The notes below the pieces were generated by a model. That model did no database searches. It worked only from the letters and a program-made list of their open reading frames with translations, and was not told where the DNA came from. A stretch of 56,066 nucleotides of DNA, filler included, from Bipalium vagum (lineage: Eukaryota): assembly GCA_037834085.1 (NCBI GenBank). It is 3 parts of 3 records of this genome, joined end to end, with 100 filler letters (N's around TTAATTAATTAA, not from the genome) between each part and the next. Parts side by side here need not be neighbours in the genome. Positions count along the whole stretch, not along the records: positions 36,828 to 56,066 come from JBBMKC010006431.1; 2 more parts are not named here. One strand, 5' to 3'. This document shows positions 37,620 through 52,849 of the stretch, one piece after another (the first letter of the stretch is position 1; every line of letters begins with the position of its first letter). Made by a program: the position numbers and the translations under genes.

Positions 37620-38300
37620 TGCACCCATATTGTCTGAACACTTTTGCCATTTAAGCGACAGTTTGTTCAGAGATTCAATGAACTCGTAGAAGACCAGTTT
37701 TACATAATTGTCGGAATTGAATTTTTTTTTTTAATAAAAAGTTGATTAAATTGTTGAAGAAATGGTTGTCAGTGAGGTCCTTGTTTGGTAAGTATGTAGG
37801 ATGATGAAGAAGTTCCAATTTCAACTCCAGTAGTTTTACTAGTCATTTGTGTAGTGTACAGTCTAGCATTATTATGCAATAGAATAGGAGTTGATCTAAT
37901 GACTAATATAGGTTATTATTTTTTAGTTTTTGACATTATTTTGTTCAGTTAGTTACAACTTATGTCTGTTGGGATCGATAAATAGGTTTCATGAATTCAT
38001 AATGAATCACAAATACCTATACAACTAAACTTTCATTAACATCTTCTTTTGATGAATGTTAGGCTTGGAGTGAGTTTTGGTAATTCATGTTTGTCCAAAC
38101 ATTATGCTATGTTTTCGATAGTCACGTCTGATCTATTTTTTGTCAAAGTGAAAATCTGACTTAAAAATGGATCCGACTTGTGACGGAAATGCAACACCAA
38201 ACAAGATTGTAAACCGTTTTATTTCTGATTCTCATGGAGTTCAAGTAAAACTCATTTATCAATTTTTCTTATCTTTTCCATTTTGGCTAAATTATGTAAT
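37620..38300 (-). mobile_element. Degenerate mariner remnant
   Basis: Minus strand shows LHNNARLY, LLHHPTY.P..DL..NHFF and LLKWQKC-type motifs. Confidence 0.6.
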
Positions 38301-41300
38301 ATTGAATTTTGTAACTTTATAAATAATTATGAGCAAACTTCATAGTATCATTTGATGTGTGTAGCTTATTTATGAATTCGCCATTTTTTGAAAAATTGAT
38401 CTGTGCTTCTCTTTAAAAAGATAGAGATGACAAAGATATCAAGGACAAATTTAGTATGAAGCAAGTAATGGAATTTAGTACTAAATATATATCCACTTCT
38501 TTTGTCACAATAAGCTTTATAATTTCATGCCAAATGGGATAGTGAGCTTTCATTATTTCAAACAGGATGACTGGCTGTAGTAATCCTGCCTGAAAGATTT
38601 TTTTGTTCAGCAGCTGATGCTGTCTAAATTAATTTAGTGTAAGAAAGAGAAAGCAGGTAGCTGATGGTGTATAAATGAATGACCTTTCACCTTCCAATAG
38701 CACTTAATATCGCCTTTTTGTAGTTTCCTATTGCGATATGAAAACTTGTTGAAAATATTGCTACATGTTCATTGGAAAATTATCACAACATTTTAACAAT
38801 TGATCAGAAGAATTTGTTGGAAGAAGTGTTTAAGTTAAAAAATTGCTGACCCAAAAAGGACAAAAAGTTACAGAAGTATGATTTTCAAATTCTTATTGTC
38901 AACCGAACTCCACTTAACCTCGAAAGACCAGAAAGAGAGCTCGTGGTTGATAGTCAGCATGGTTTTAGTCATCAAGTTTGTTGAACCTTGTCTTTGTTTT
39001 TTTTTACTTTGGTTTTCTTATCGCATTATGTTTGTTCTACTGGAGTTAATTATTACTTAACTATATTACTTTATTAGTTTAATATTGAAGTCGACTTATC
39101 CTATATTTATTACTTGCGTTTGAATTGAATCATTGTCATTTTCTTTCTACATTATCTTATAAGAAGTGTATTGTCGGGAGTGGCTAAATGTACAGGGAGG
39201 GAGCAGTTGCTATACCAGAAAAGAGTAAACGTGTCATATGTACAATTTGCGAAGAGATATTAACTAACGCGTATCTGATTGTTGGGTGTATAATGCTTAA
39301 TATTGACGTTTTTGTAAGATAATAAATATTAGTGTTGCGAGATATTATTTGATTTCCCATGGGGCTATAGTAGAACTTAACCATACAAAAGATATTGAAT
39401 CAGATAAGAGTAGCTGATTAATACTAAAATATTAGCAATAGTTTTGTTTTTGATTTGTTGATAACCACTGTTTGTTTATTATTTGTTGATTTTCATTAAT
39501 TAAAATATATTCCAACCAATTTCAAAGTAATTTCCATAAACTTCAATATTAGAAAATAGGTTGAAGGAAAATGTTTAGAACATCATGGAGCTAATTGAGT
39601 TCGCATAGGAACTTCTCGATTCCAAGCCAAAATACTTTCTGCGAAAAAGACGCTTAGAACTGATGATCTATTGCCACAAGCAAAACAATGTTTTTTTTAG
39701 TTTTTACATTATAAATTAGATTCACATAGACCGTTTACTTCTCACAGTCAGGATATCCTCTTTTTTCTTTTAAAATTCAAGTATTAACTGATATTATCCA
39801 ATAAATAATAAAAAACTATATGAAATATATTTCAACCTGATATTTATTTTATTATAAATCAAAACTTTATGTCCTTCTCTTCACTATAATATTCGTCTTA
39901 TGAAAATGACACCATCTAGGAATCGTTTTAATACCTCAATTCTCATTTTTTTTACTTTTATTATATTCAAAAACGGTAGAAAATATTTTATAAAAATTAT
40001 TTTCGAAAAGTTACGGTTGAGGGTCGTCGCCTCGTTAATGAAACGATACACATTAACAGAAATGTCAAATAAAAATATAAAATATAATTATGTCTAACAT
40101 GCATCATTGCGATAAATATTAATTTATTTTCGAAGATTTTTATTATTGAAGTTATATTTTTTTTATAAATAATTAATTATTAATTCAATTTTAGCAAGAA
40201 TCACACTCAGCTCAACTATTGAATATTATTTTTATCTTTTCCATGATTATTAAACTTTGTCAGACAGTTTTCGCAATTAGACTTCAAAGAAGTCAGTAAA
40301 GTTAGAAAACTATCCTGTATTACTGTGGATCTTGTATAGGTGAGATTTAGACTGGAAATTCATCATAGAAATATAATTATTTATATTAATGTGGATTTTA
40401 ATATTTAATTAAAGTTTCCACTTGAATTAACAATTGAAATGTTTCTCGCTTATTTTTGATAGAAAGAACAACTTTTAAAATGATAATTATAAATTAATGA
40501 TAATTTTAACATTGGATTTTATTTTCTCCAATAATTTATTAATTAAAGGAGAATATTTTTGAAGAAAATCTGACTTATTTATCGAAAAAACCATTATTTA
40601 CATTTGATGGAACACCCTCTTAATTTAGGCATGGTTTAGAAAGCAAATTTATTGTCTAACAAATATTATCTAACGATTATTCAGATTTCAAATTTTAAAT
40701 TGATATATAAATAAATTTCATATTATAATTATTACTCGAAATATATTATGATTTAAATAAAGATTTCCAAATTCGGACATGTCATATGTGACAACCTGAT
40801 ATATAAGAACTTCCTTAGGTCTAGATTCTTAGAAGTGATATAAATTATTATTAATAAATCTTATTTAGTTGTTAATGCACAAGAATTCAGAATAATTATG
40901 AGTAATTTTGTTAAGTTCCTAAAAAATATGAGGTTAATGAAGTTAAGAAAATTGATCTAGGTTCTTTTAGGTAATTCAACAAAATAAATATGACCAGAAA
41001 GGCTTACGAGTGAACGCTCAAAGCACAATAACTGAATTTTACTATTACAAAATAAAACTGAAATGAACGAAATATTAATTGAGAGAACATTTTTGTTTAA
41101 AATTTTTATTTTTAAATTTCTTACAATAAAAATCTTGTACAAATATTATTTAATTAAAACTGTCGAAGATTCAGATATCATTAGGTACAAATTTAGTTTA
41201 GTACGCTAAAGCCCTTGGTAGTTTAAATATTATTATCATAGCATAAAGTTGAACATTACTGTAAAAAGAAAAAGAAAGAACAACAAGAAAAAATAGTTTA

Positions 41301-44090
41301 ATTCTCGACTAAGATCGAGCACTTATTTAGAAGTTGAAATTTAGTTAACACAACTTAATCGGTTAAGATTTCTTGATATAAATGAATAGTTATTTTTTTT
41401 ATTTATAATTATAAATCAAACTTCTGTGTCGAAATTCGAGAAGAGTTTTTTAATAATTATATAAAGATAATAACACAATAAAAATTACTTAAAACTATTA
41501 ATGATCTCCACGCTCAAATATAAATCATTTTCTATTGATACACAATTTTCGTGTTCGAAAGCTAAATAGATGATCTTTGTTGTTCTTGCCTTGATTAAAC
41601 TTTTATATATTCTCTATAAAAAGCAAGTGTTGGTATCGATGTTACGTCTGGTTACGACAAATGATAAATTCTTTGGTGTTATTTTGGATCTTGACCTTTT
41701 GCTTGTTCTCAGATATTTCGTTCGAACTTTCTGACTCTTGATCTCGTTTATATATAAAATTTTTTTTCTGATTTTTAATTTTTTAAACTTATATTTTCAA
41801 TTTATAAAATTCATTTCATCAAATTTCTATTTTTAGAAATTTTTATTATTTTATTTTATTATTTTCTATAAATAGTATTTCATAATATCTATTTTTAATA
41901 ATTCTTTATTTTTTTATATTTTGCTTGTTTTTCCATATTACTATAATAATAACTACTACTACTAATAAATAATAAAATGCTAGAATGCTATTAAAATTTT
42001 AAAATATTTTTTTGGATAGTTTTAATTTCACAAATCCCAATAAATAAAAAAATGTTCAAGCGTTTTTTATCGGATCACTAAAAAATAAATGTTTATTGTG
42101 GGAGGCTTCACAATTTTGATAATAAATATGAATGAAAAATAAGTGAATCATTAAAAGATTAATATTCAAATCTGAGAAAGTAAAAATCAATGGATTATCA
42201 GAGTGTTCTCTGATTAATTAACAATATTACTAAATTTTTTTTAATTATAATTGACTGAATAAGAACTGATAAAGAGTTAGAAACATGTTCATAATAATAA
42301 ATTTTGTTGTTAATTGATTAGAAATAATATAAAATATAATATATAGTATAATATTTTCAAAATATATTTGGTTTCAAGAAGATGTATATTAGTTTTAATA
42401 CTAAATAACCAGCATGTCAGACCTAGATGATTAAAGTGACCAATTAATCCGTATCGGGTTTTTAGAAACACGATAATATAGTAACAAGATCTCTTCTTTC
42501 ACAATGATTAATATTTTCAGTGAGGTTTCATCATAACGTCTGGATATCTTTTTATATTTCAAAGAGATATTTTTTAAAAAAAATTTGAGACATTTTAATT
42601 TGAAGTTCTCTTTGACTTTTTTTCTTTCCTAAAACCAACATGAGAAAATTGAATTATTTTATTATTAATTATATATTATTTTATTATTATTTATTTGTTT
42701 TAATCTAATTGAAATTTTAATTTTCCTTTATTGAGTTAAAAATCTATACCTAAAAATTAAAATTTAAGTAAACAAATATAATATTTCATTTACTCAATTA
42801 ACTTTGCAAGAGACTCAGACACTTGTTTTAAATAAGACGTCTTCGTATTTTATGAGGTAAATAAAATCAATTTTTGAGAAAAATTACAAAATTAATAAAA
42901 TATAATAAACAAAAGGAAATCTAAATAATAATGATGTATACATTGAGCCAAATAAAAAGGAAAATGTTTAATTTAAGACAGAATATATAAAAGTATCCAG
43001 TAAAACAAATAGTGTTGATTGATTAATAATATTATTTAGTTAACAGAAATAATTATATTTTTCCATTTTCAGATGATTATATTAACATTGGTAAAAAAAG
43101 AAAATCAAAATAATTGCTTTTGCTGGTTTCCATAAAAATCACAAATATTTTATAAATGGCTGATGAGACCAAAAAATCTATAATTTATTATCGAATTGTT
43201 CATAATAATTTTATTAAATATTAATATCGTTTAATTATGGTTTAACAGTATTTATAGGAAAATTATAAAAATAGAATAATTTACCGGATGACATAAAAAA
43301 AAAGAAAAGGTTTATTATTTTTTATTTTCTTTAAAATATTGGCTGATTAGAAAAAAATTATAAATAATGCAAATTAAATTTCAAATAATAATAATAATAA
43401 TAATAATAATTCCAAATTTCAAGATAATACGATTTAATGAAAAAATATTCGTGTTTTATTTACTTATTTTGCCTTGCTCAAATTTGTTTCACCAGGCTTG
43501 TGTCAATATGCCCATCAAGAAAATATTTTCTATAATAATTTATTTATTTCTCCGTTCAAGAAATGTCTAATACTTTAACTTTTTCCTGGCATTAAACGGG
43601 AATTTTGCTGCAATCCCTTTTGGCCTTAGGGTTTTCCTTGAGCCTAAGAGAATATCCATTTTATTTAAAATTAGAAATAATAATCACTTAAACGAGTTTC
43701 CTTAATAATAATATACAAAAATAAATAAATAAATAAATATTAAGACTAAGAATTAAATAATATTAAAACTTGTAGACGACCCTCAGTTAAACAGTTTTTT
43801 TCTAGTAAAAATATACATTAATTATTTAATTTAACTTTTTTTCTTGATAACTCTTTAAATTTATTTAAAGCAGCATGGAAGCTGAAAGAGCATAATCGAA
43901 ATGAATTAAATTAATAATTTAATAATGAAAATAATTATATATTTATTTCATTGGATGTGTTAAATTTCTCGTCATCAGTGTTTTAATTTCTATCGCTAAA
44001 GTTTAATTATTCATTTTGATTTCATACATTCTTTTAAATTCATATATTCTTGCCAATGTTAAGTAGGTTGTCTTTTAAGTTCTGCATATA

Positions 44091-45151
44091 TAAGGTTGAT
44101 GCAAAAATAATGTCTTTTAGTAATTCGATTAATTAATTGATTTTAAGCATAACTTGTTTTAATATTCCACATATATTAATACGATTCGAAAGTTAATATT
44201 TCTTATCATGAATTAATATTATTATTATTAATATTTTTTCTAGAAGACTTAACCAAACATGGAAAAATATCAAATGAGAACAATTTTTTTGTATGAATAC
44301 AAATTAGGCACACAAGCGAGTGAAACTGTTCGGAAAATATAATACATTTGGCCCTGGAACTGTTAATAAAAGTATGACAAATCGTCTGTTTGAACGGTTT
44401 CGGGTGCGGATGACCCTTGAAAAACAAGATGGTCGGGTTCGTGCATTAAAGATTGATAATGACCAATTGATAAAGATAATTGAGAGGGATGAACTTCACG
44501 TCGATCAATCCACCAATGATGAATAAATAGGTGCCACTACAGCTGAATGAAAATCAAGGAACCTGTCGCTTCGAAGTGGCATCTTCACTGATTCTGCGCA
44601 ACAACGTCGACTCATTTCTTCATAAAATCGTGACTAGCAATGAGAAATTAATCTTATGGGATAATCGATGACGTTCTGGCTGGACCATGATGAGGCTCCC
44701 AAACATTTCCCAAAGCCGAATTTACACCAAAAAAGATAATGGTGATTGTTTGGTGGTCTATGGCTGGCTTAATTCATCACAGTTTTCTAAATTCGGGAGA
44801 AACTATTACCGCCCAAATGTGCTGTGCTCAGATCCAAGAAATGCATGAAAACTGCAACGCTTCTGCCTGGCAATGAGCAACAGAAAGGGTGTCGACCAAA
44901 TAACGCTGCAAAAACTGAACGAGTTAAGCTTCGACATGTTGCCTCATCCACCATATTCACCAGAATCACTTGCCAACAGATTATCATTCTTTTAAGCATT
45001 TGGACAACCTCTTGCACGAGAGGTGTTTCAAAGACTGAGCACAAACGCGAAAAGGCATTTGATTTCTATTTTGATTAAGTTTATTTTAAGCGGAGTTATA
45101 ATTTTTTTAAATTTATATTTTGAAAAAAACATTATTTTTGCATTAATCTAA
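44091..45151 (+). mobile_element. Mariner element with TIRs, internally deleted
   Basis: TA-flanked imperfect TIRs (taaggttgatgcaaaaataatgt / acattatttttgcattaatctaa); IVTSNEKLILWDN, MVIVWW and HPPYSPE motifs. Confidence 0.85.
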
Positions 45152-45597
45152 TAGTAAAAAAATCTAAAAATTCAATGGTTTTTCGACCAGTTTGTGAATT
45201 ACCATTATCATGGTAAAGGATAATTTTTCGGAGTACTAATGTAATTTTGGCCAAGAGTTTTGTACAAATGAGCAGTTTTTTTCTTGTATATGGTCACACG
45301 GATCATATTTATAATTTATATTTTTTTATAAATAAGAATGTAATGTTATACTGTGAGAGTTTAGTTTAATGTTTTATTTAGAATTAGTAATTTTAGTATA
45401 AAGTTGGGAAGAAATTCTACGGAATTTTGGTATATAATAAATTCATTGTGTTAAAATGGGTGATTTTTAAAATTTGTTTATGTACTTTTTATAATATTAT
45501 TTAATGGATACTTTAATTATCTCGTTAAAATTTTTGCTGTTTTATTCTAGTATTTGTTAGATTTTTTAAGTTAAGTGTTGTACCTTACTTTTTAATA

Positions 45598-46600
45598 TTA
45601 GGTCTAGTAATAAATCTAAATTTTTAAACAAATGTCAAAGTTTATTAAAAAAAAATATGACAAATTTTTCAAAGTATTTACCATTTTTATTTATCATTTG
45701 AAGCCATTTAAAAGACAGTTGATGAATTTCGATTCGAAAAAATACTGGCTGCTTGAATGTGATTAAATTGTCAAAATGATTTTCGGATATCATCCAATGA
45801 TTTAAAGTCTCTATTACACAAGGTGTTCTGCATTAAAAAGAACTTCTTCCTTTACCAGTATACAAACGTTTCAACCCCAAATTTTGGCTCAGTTTGAATA
45901 ATTGATCTTGATAGTACTGAGTAGTAACTGTTTCAGCAGGTTGCAAAAGCTCATAATATATAACTCCATTTATATACCACCAGATGACGAGCATTAAGTG
46001 TCCAAAACGATTGATCTTTACGACTGGTTTTGATGGTTCTCCAGGTTTACCCATGACTTCCTACATTACAAATTTTGATATTTGATCCATTTTCGTCTCT
46101 AGTAAGAATTTTCCACAAAACATCTTTTTACAGTGTCTATTGAGAAGTAAAAGGTACAATACCAAAAGTTGATTTTTGTTGGATTATCTAAGATTATGTA
46201 GGGTCTCTTTTCATTCTTTTTGGCTCTTGCCAATCTCAAGAAAGTGATAGGAAACAATTTTCTGAGAAACTCCTAACTGGTTTGTAAGCTTCATCTGCGT
46301 TTGTGCCACATTAGCGGTTGCACCAGATCTCCATTGACGAATGTTCTAGAAGCACCAAGACGTTTGAACCAAAAATCACGCACATTATACATTGTTGCTT
46401 CTTTACCAAAGACAGAAAAAATCGATTCATATATTATTATTACATTTTATTACATTTTAGCATTGTTGAATTCATATAAAATGCAACTAATATATCTTTC
46501 TGTTCACTTGTTGGAAATTGTGGAAAAGAAATTTGTTGAGTTTTTGCTTTATTTTTTTCGAAACTATTTGAATATTTCATCTGGAAATCAAATTTAAATT
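45598..46600 (-). mobile_element. Degenerate mariner element
   Basis: KPGEP..RFGHLMLVIWWYINGVIYYELLQPAETVT (ORF 45833-46054) is the mariner catalytic-domain segment; TA|ttaggtctag TIR-like end. Confidence 0.85.
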
Positions 46601-46629
46601 GATATGTTGAAACTATTGAAATATTTACA

Positions 46630-47267
46630 TTGTTGGTGCAAAAGTAATACCATATTAAAGTCAACATAATTTATTATTAAAATAACAAATATAACTGTTC
46701 ATTCTAAAGTATAGTTTTCACTATCATTTATGACAGCTGGTCATTTTCTACGAAGCTCACGGATTCCTTTGTCAGAGAACTCAGACTTCTTTTATGCAAA
46801 ATAGTCGATCATCCATTTGTCTACCTCAACTTGATTTTTAAAATTTTCTCCAATGCTATATGCTTTATCGAACGAAAAATAATAATCGGGTGGGGCAAGG
46901 TCAGGGCTGTAAGGTCGATAAGAAAGTAGTTACCATCTCAAACCCTCAATTTTTTCATGAACGATTTACGCGACATGAAGAAATTATAAAAAAAATCGTA
47001 TGGTAGTTGGATCACTTTGTTTCATAGAGCGTGAAAGAAAGACATGCGTGAAATTCGTCTGGTTTGTAGGTTTTGTATTATGTGAACCTTTGAACATTTT
47101 ATCAATGAGCCTTGTTGAACATTGTTAGAGTCGATCGGAAAATTTTTTAATTTGATAAGCGAAACAGTAAAATAATTGCCTTTCATGAAACGATGAATAA
47201 ATAAATAAATATTTTATCAAATTAATCTGTCTACTTTAATCTACTTTAAGCAAAAAAGTGCAACCAA
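46630..47267 (-). mobile_element. Mariner 3' portion / deletion derivative
   Basis: PYSPDLAPPDYY on the minus strand (~46885-46915); TIR-like ttgttggtgcaaaagtaat end. Confidence 0.8.
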
Positions 47268-47565
47268 TTTTTAATATAATAAAATTTAATATTCATAAAT
47301 TAATAAAGCGAATCAAACCCGATCAAATAAAAAAGCAGTCAAATCACAAAGCGTGAAGAGATCAGAATTTTGATCTACATACTATTTTATTTTTATTAAT
47401 AAAACGAATGTTAAAATATTATTAAAATAAGACTAAGAGAAAAAATTCATCGTTTCATTTTGGTAATTTTCCTTATAATTTTTCAATTGACAAAAAAACC
47501 AAAACCCGTTTGATGTACCAAATTTTTTACTTTTGTATAAAGAGTAAATTAAAATAGAATAAAAT

Positions 47566-48300
47566 ACGAGGGTGTCATAAGAAAAATAAAATAAACTTTA
47601 TTATTCAGAAGTACATTCAGCAAATTTAATAATGTAAAAATGTTATATTGATTCATGCGTTAGACCTTTGTTTAAATAGTTTGAAATAAGCAACTTTTTA
47701 ATTCTATGAAAAAATTAAGAAAAAAAAAGAATTCCATGTAGTGATTAAACATTACTTTATAAAAGGGAAAATGACCGAAAAACATCAGGAAAGCTCAAGA
47801 AACTTTACAGTGAATGCGCTCTATCAGATTTTATTGTGAAATATTTGTTGTCACAATTAAAACAAGCACAATTGACGAATAAGAATCAGGTCATCCGAAA
47901 GACTGACAAAAGAAATCGTAATCACAAGGCGGAATATCTGGGGAATTTGGTGGCTGTGAAAAATCCCAGAACAATGTTTGATTTTGTGCACGATTTGATT
48001 AACAAAGACGGTACCAAGTGACACTTTCGGAATCCATTGGTTTGAGACATAACATAACATCTAAGTGCTTGTTGCCGAGTTTCTGTCAAAATCTGTTTGA
48101 CTTGCTCTTTTTCTGAACACTTTCTGTGGTGTTTTTTTCTATCACCAGCTCGCTTATTCCTTGTGAAAAATCGACCTTTCCTGAAGCTTGTGAAATATTT
48201 TTCGATAGTTTTCCTTGGAATGTAACTATTTGGAAGCAATTAAATTTTAAAGCAATTTAAATCTCTTTCTGCAGCATCCACATTCTACCTTTTTAATCTG
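47566..48300. mobile_element. Two convergent mariner-like 5' fragments
   Basis: TA|CGAGGGTGTC terminus with an HTH-like remnant on the plus strand; KYFTSFRKGRF HTH-like remnant on the minus strand. Confidence 0.5.
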
Positions 48301-51152
48301 CTATGTTTTAATCTTTGTTAAAGCTAATTCTGCTAATAAATGAAATCATTTTCAAATTTATTATTATTATTATAGATAAATAAGTAAAAGTAAATAAGTA
48401 AAATGATAAATAAATAATAAAATATAAAATGTAAATCAGAGAAATAAATATATAACATAATAAGAAAATCTAGATTATATATAATTTATTTCAGGACTAC
48501 TGTTGACTGAATATTAAATTTTTTTTTATTATTATTTTATTGTCATTTGTTTCTTATAATTAGTAATTTTTGATTATTGGTCCACTAAAATTGTCCAAAT
48601 CTTTCAGCTTGTTTCTAATTCACTCCTATTTTGTCAAGTCTATTTCTTTTTAATGTATTTTTCAAGTATTTTTCATAGCATCAATTTTTCAAAGACCTTT
48701 CGAGCAGTTCTCTGCAGCAATTCTTTAGTGGCAGTCAATGTGTCAATTACTTGATATAAAATGTACTCGAGACTGATGTCTCAGGAGATTTATTATTCAG
48801 TATCATTGTTGAAATAAAGGAAAAAAAAATTTGTCAATATAAAAATAAATTTAAACAAATACGTAAAAGGGTTTGATAAATTAATATAAAACTGCAAACT
48901 TTTCTTTTTCTTCAATGAAATTAAAAAAAATATAAATTATTTTTATTTTTTTGTTTTTTTGTTTAAAATGAATGCATAATTTATTTATTTTAACATTCAT
49001 AAAAAAAATGTTTAAATTATTTTTGAAATATTTTTTTCTCGAAAAATGGTATTTATTATTAATTATTATGGAATTACCAGAAAAATAATCTTATTAAAAG
49101 TAGGATTGAAATCTTAAATAGAGTATTAACTTTTTTTTTCCCAGTTGGACCTGGTTTCATCTTCTTGAAATGTTACGGAAAAAGTACGCGCATGGAATAT
49201 TTTTTAATAATTAATTAAAAGATACAAGAGGAAAATATTTCTTCAAATATTCATTAATAATAATGCCATTGGATGATTGATTGAGAAATCATTCGTGCTC
49301 ATGTTGGGATTTTAAATAAAAAAAAATATTGTGAAAGAGCAGAAAAGAAATAAAATATTTCCCACAAAATCCGTTAAATTTTTCAAAGGAAATGGTTAGT
49401 GAACTATTTATCAAGCTTTAATTAATATTCAGAATATTAATGTCATTTAATATTGTTTAATAAAAATGGTTTTTGCTTTTAGAATAAATCAATAGATAAA
49501 TTTGTGTTAAGTCAAGATCAGAAAAGCGGTGAGAGATGAATATTTTTTTTATTATATCGGATAATTATTTTTAATTAAACTGTAATAATAAAAAAATATA
49601 ATATTTAATATTTTGATAATTATTAAATTTTCTTATTATATAATTTTTGATATAAACCAATCGTATAAATTAAAAATAATTAATTCTAATATTCAAAACT
49701 AATCGTAGAAATAAAAAATAATTAATTCTAATTTTCCAAACATACTTTAATTTAATCAGAATTTTAAGTTCAGTTTTTATTTACTAAAATTAATTAATTT
49801 TAGAATATTTTTTTAAAAAAAAACTTCCTTTTTTAATATATTGACAGTGTCTGTAATAAATTAGAAGTGGAAAAAAAACAGACTTGGAGTTTTAAATATT
49901 TTATTATTTTATTTAAATAAACCATATTGATGGAAATGAAATGAAAAATTATTCAGATAGAAAATTATATTAATAATTGAAATATTTAATAATTCAATTT
50001 GTTTAAATTGATTTGTATTATCTAACCCAATATTTGTTGATTACAGATAAAAGATGGAATAATTTTAAATATCTCTTTTCCCAAAAAAAAACTGAAAAAA
50101 ATTATTATGAATTTTGGAAAGTATATTTTATCAATTTTAATTTATTACCGTTTCGATTTTAATTTGGTCTGATTTAATAATTAAAATAATTTATAACCCA
50201 TTATTTTGATTATTGATAAAATATTTCCAATAATATATATTTCCACGATTTTTCTTGATAATTAATTTCAATAAAATATGACAATTTTAATAATAATGTC
50301 CATTTTAATTAAATAATTAATATTCTTTTTTTATATAATTTGAGCTTGCAGAAAGAAAGTTCTACTTAAAATTAATTAGATTAATTAGAATTTAATTTAT
50401 ATTGTTTAAGAATATTTTTTTAAAATCATTACATTTTGAGAATGAAAGACTTTTTCTTTCAAAGTATAAAAAGATACGGAAAAAATCACGAACCTGAATC
50501 TAGATTGAGGAAAGAGAAAATTTTCTTTTTATTTAGATCGAAAATAAATAAATGTTCAATTCCAGGAGTCACTTTTGCTAACGAAATTTTACAAGTTTTG
50601 AAACGTTGCTCAGTCAAAAGAAATTTGATATTAGCAAAACTTTCTTACAGCATCATCTTTCGTCTACGACCTCTGAACTAATTTCGAAGCGTAATATTTT
50701 TTTCTATTAATTATTACTATGTGATCATTGTAAACGGTGATCCACAATGACTTAATATCGATACGATAGGGTTTTCAATATAGAATAATAAAAAGTAATG
50801 ATAATTATTATAATAGTCATTATAATTATAATAATAATAATAATCAGTCTGACCATGGTTCTAGTCAGTTTACGTCTCCAAAATGTAATTAGTTTTTCAG
50901 TAATTGAGGAATATTAATCCAAATAATTGAGACAAAAGGCAAAATTTAGAATATTGACTTTTCCAGACTGATGTTTAGACGCGATTAACATCTTAAATAT
51001 ACGTTTAAGACTTTTAATGTGTCTTAAAATTAAAATCGTACAGAGTGTTATATTCAGATTCTCTATAAGGATGATTGTGATATTGATAGAAATCGAATGT
51101 TCATAATTCAGTGTTTAACATCTTCTTGATCACGTCTTTGTTATTTATAATA

Positions 51153-51523
51153 TTAGATTGGGACATAAGTTCTGCAGCACATACAGAAACATTAAAAATA
51201 ACAAATTTATATTAAACAAAACAAAAACAAAGGAATCTAATTTGCAAAGTAAAGTCCGCCGTTCCGTACAATGTTCACCCAATAATGGCGAATAAGAATT
51301 CGCAATTCATTTCTATTCAAAGTCATCGAAAATTGTTTATTTATTAATATTATTTCATTAAATGGTTTACTTTTATCATATGGATTTTTAAAAATTGCGA
51401 TAAGGAATATAATGATTTAAAAATATTTGAACAAACAGTGCTCAAATATTATTATTGATTAGATATAATATTACTAATATTCTAATATATTTTAAGTGCT
51501 GCAGAACATATGTACAAACCTAA
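51153..51523. mobile_element. Mariner-derived MITE (371 bp)
   Basis: 28-bp TIRs ttagattgggacataagttctgcagcac / gtgctgcagaacatatgtacaaacctaa, TA on both sides, non-coding interior. Confidence 0.85.
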
Positions 51524-51719
51524 TATTAGAAGCAACTGTAAATAAGCTTATGAATAACAAAAATTTTAATTTAAAGAAAAATAAGGGAAAATATTAATGT
51601 AAGGACATATTAAAATAGTTTTTAATATATGAAAATTCAAAATAACATATTTAAAACTTTGTTTGAATCAATCACTTCATTATTGTTTACGTGTTTGGAT
51701 TTGATTTATTATTATTATT

Positions 51720-52560
51720 ATTAGCACGGAAAAAATTGAGTATAGCTCGTCATCAATTTTTTGTTCTGAAACGATTTACTGCATCGGAAATTTATATTAA
51801 ATTGGTTAAGAATTAAAGGGTCTGACGAACTTTGGAACTCAAACGTTGTCAAACAACAAATCGAGGATTATGCACGCAGTTGACATCCTAAAAGTACCTC
51901 AATATCGTAAGCCGTTGAACAAATTCATGAAATTGTACTTAAAGAAGCGAGTGTGACTACGCCTGAAATTGTTGAAACCTTGGTAATCCTAAGTGAACGA
52001 GTTCGTCATTTTTTAAAATAAGATTTACATGTGGAAAAATGGTGCAACATTCTTCAATGACTCTGCAAAAGCTTTTTTGGAAGAGCTTTGTGAACACCAT
52101 TTGGATCATTTTAATGCAAATAAAAAGAAATTATGCGTCGTTGCTTAATTAGAAACAAAACTTAGATTTACCACCATGATCCTAATTTGAAACAAGAATG
52201 TCTATATTGAATTGAAGCAGAATGTTCATTCAAAAATAGATAAAGAAGGAACAAACGACATAAAAGGTGATGGTAACAGATTTTTGGACTCTAAGGGTGA
52301 TAGATTACATTGAAAAACAATACTTGCTCTATTGCGTGAAAATGATTCTTAAAAGACTTTTGGTCTACTGTAGGAAAAAAACCATTTTTAATCAAGTGTT
52401 TTATCAAAGGCCAAAATTAAAGAATTAAATTATCTTTTGTTTGAACAATCTTCTTATTCGTTAACTTTGACTCAAAATGATTTCTACCTTTATATTAAAA
52501 TGTACACTTGATAAAAATATTATTTTTTAGGAAGATTGACAGAAATAAGATAAAATGATA
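51720..52560 (+). mobile_element. Highly degenerate mariner remnant
   Basis: IYHHDP.LKQE, KVMVT.F.DSKG and SSYSLTLTQNDFYL motifs in mariner order. Confidence 0.6.
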
Positions 52561-52849
52561 TTCTCATCGGTATTGCTTTATTAATCAATATAATCCCCTA
52601 AAATTCTATACATTCAAGCTGATACTTTTCCTCTACTTTAATATTTTATGAAATACATTCTGTTAGAAAAGTAACAGGAATTTCTTATTCTATAGCACTA
52701 TATAGATGTTTATCTTTTAGCAATATACACCTAAATGACACTATTCTCAATTACAGAGCCAAATTTAAGCATGATCTGTCAAGGGGTGTGTTTACGGCAG
52801 TTGTTTTAATCATTCAATATCCTTGTTATTGAAGGATTTTCAAAAATGA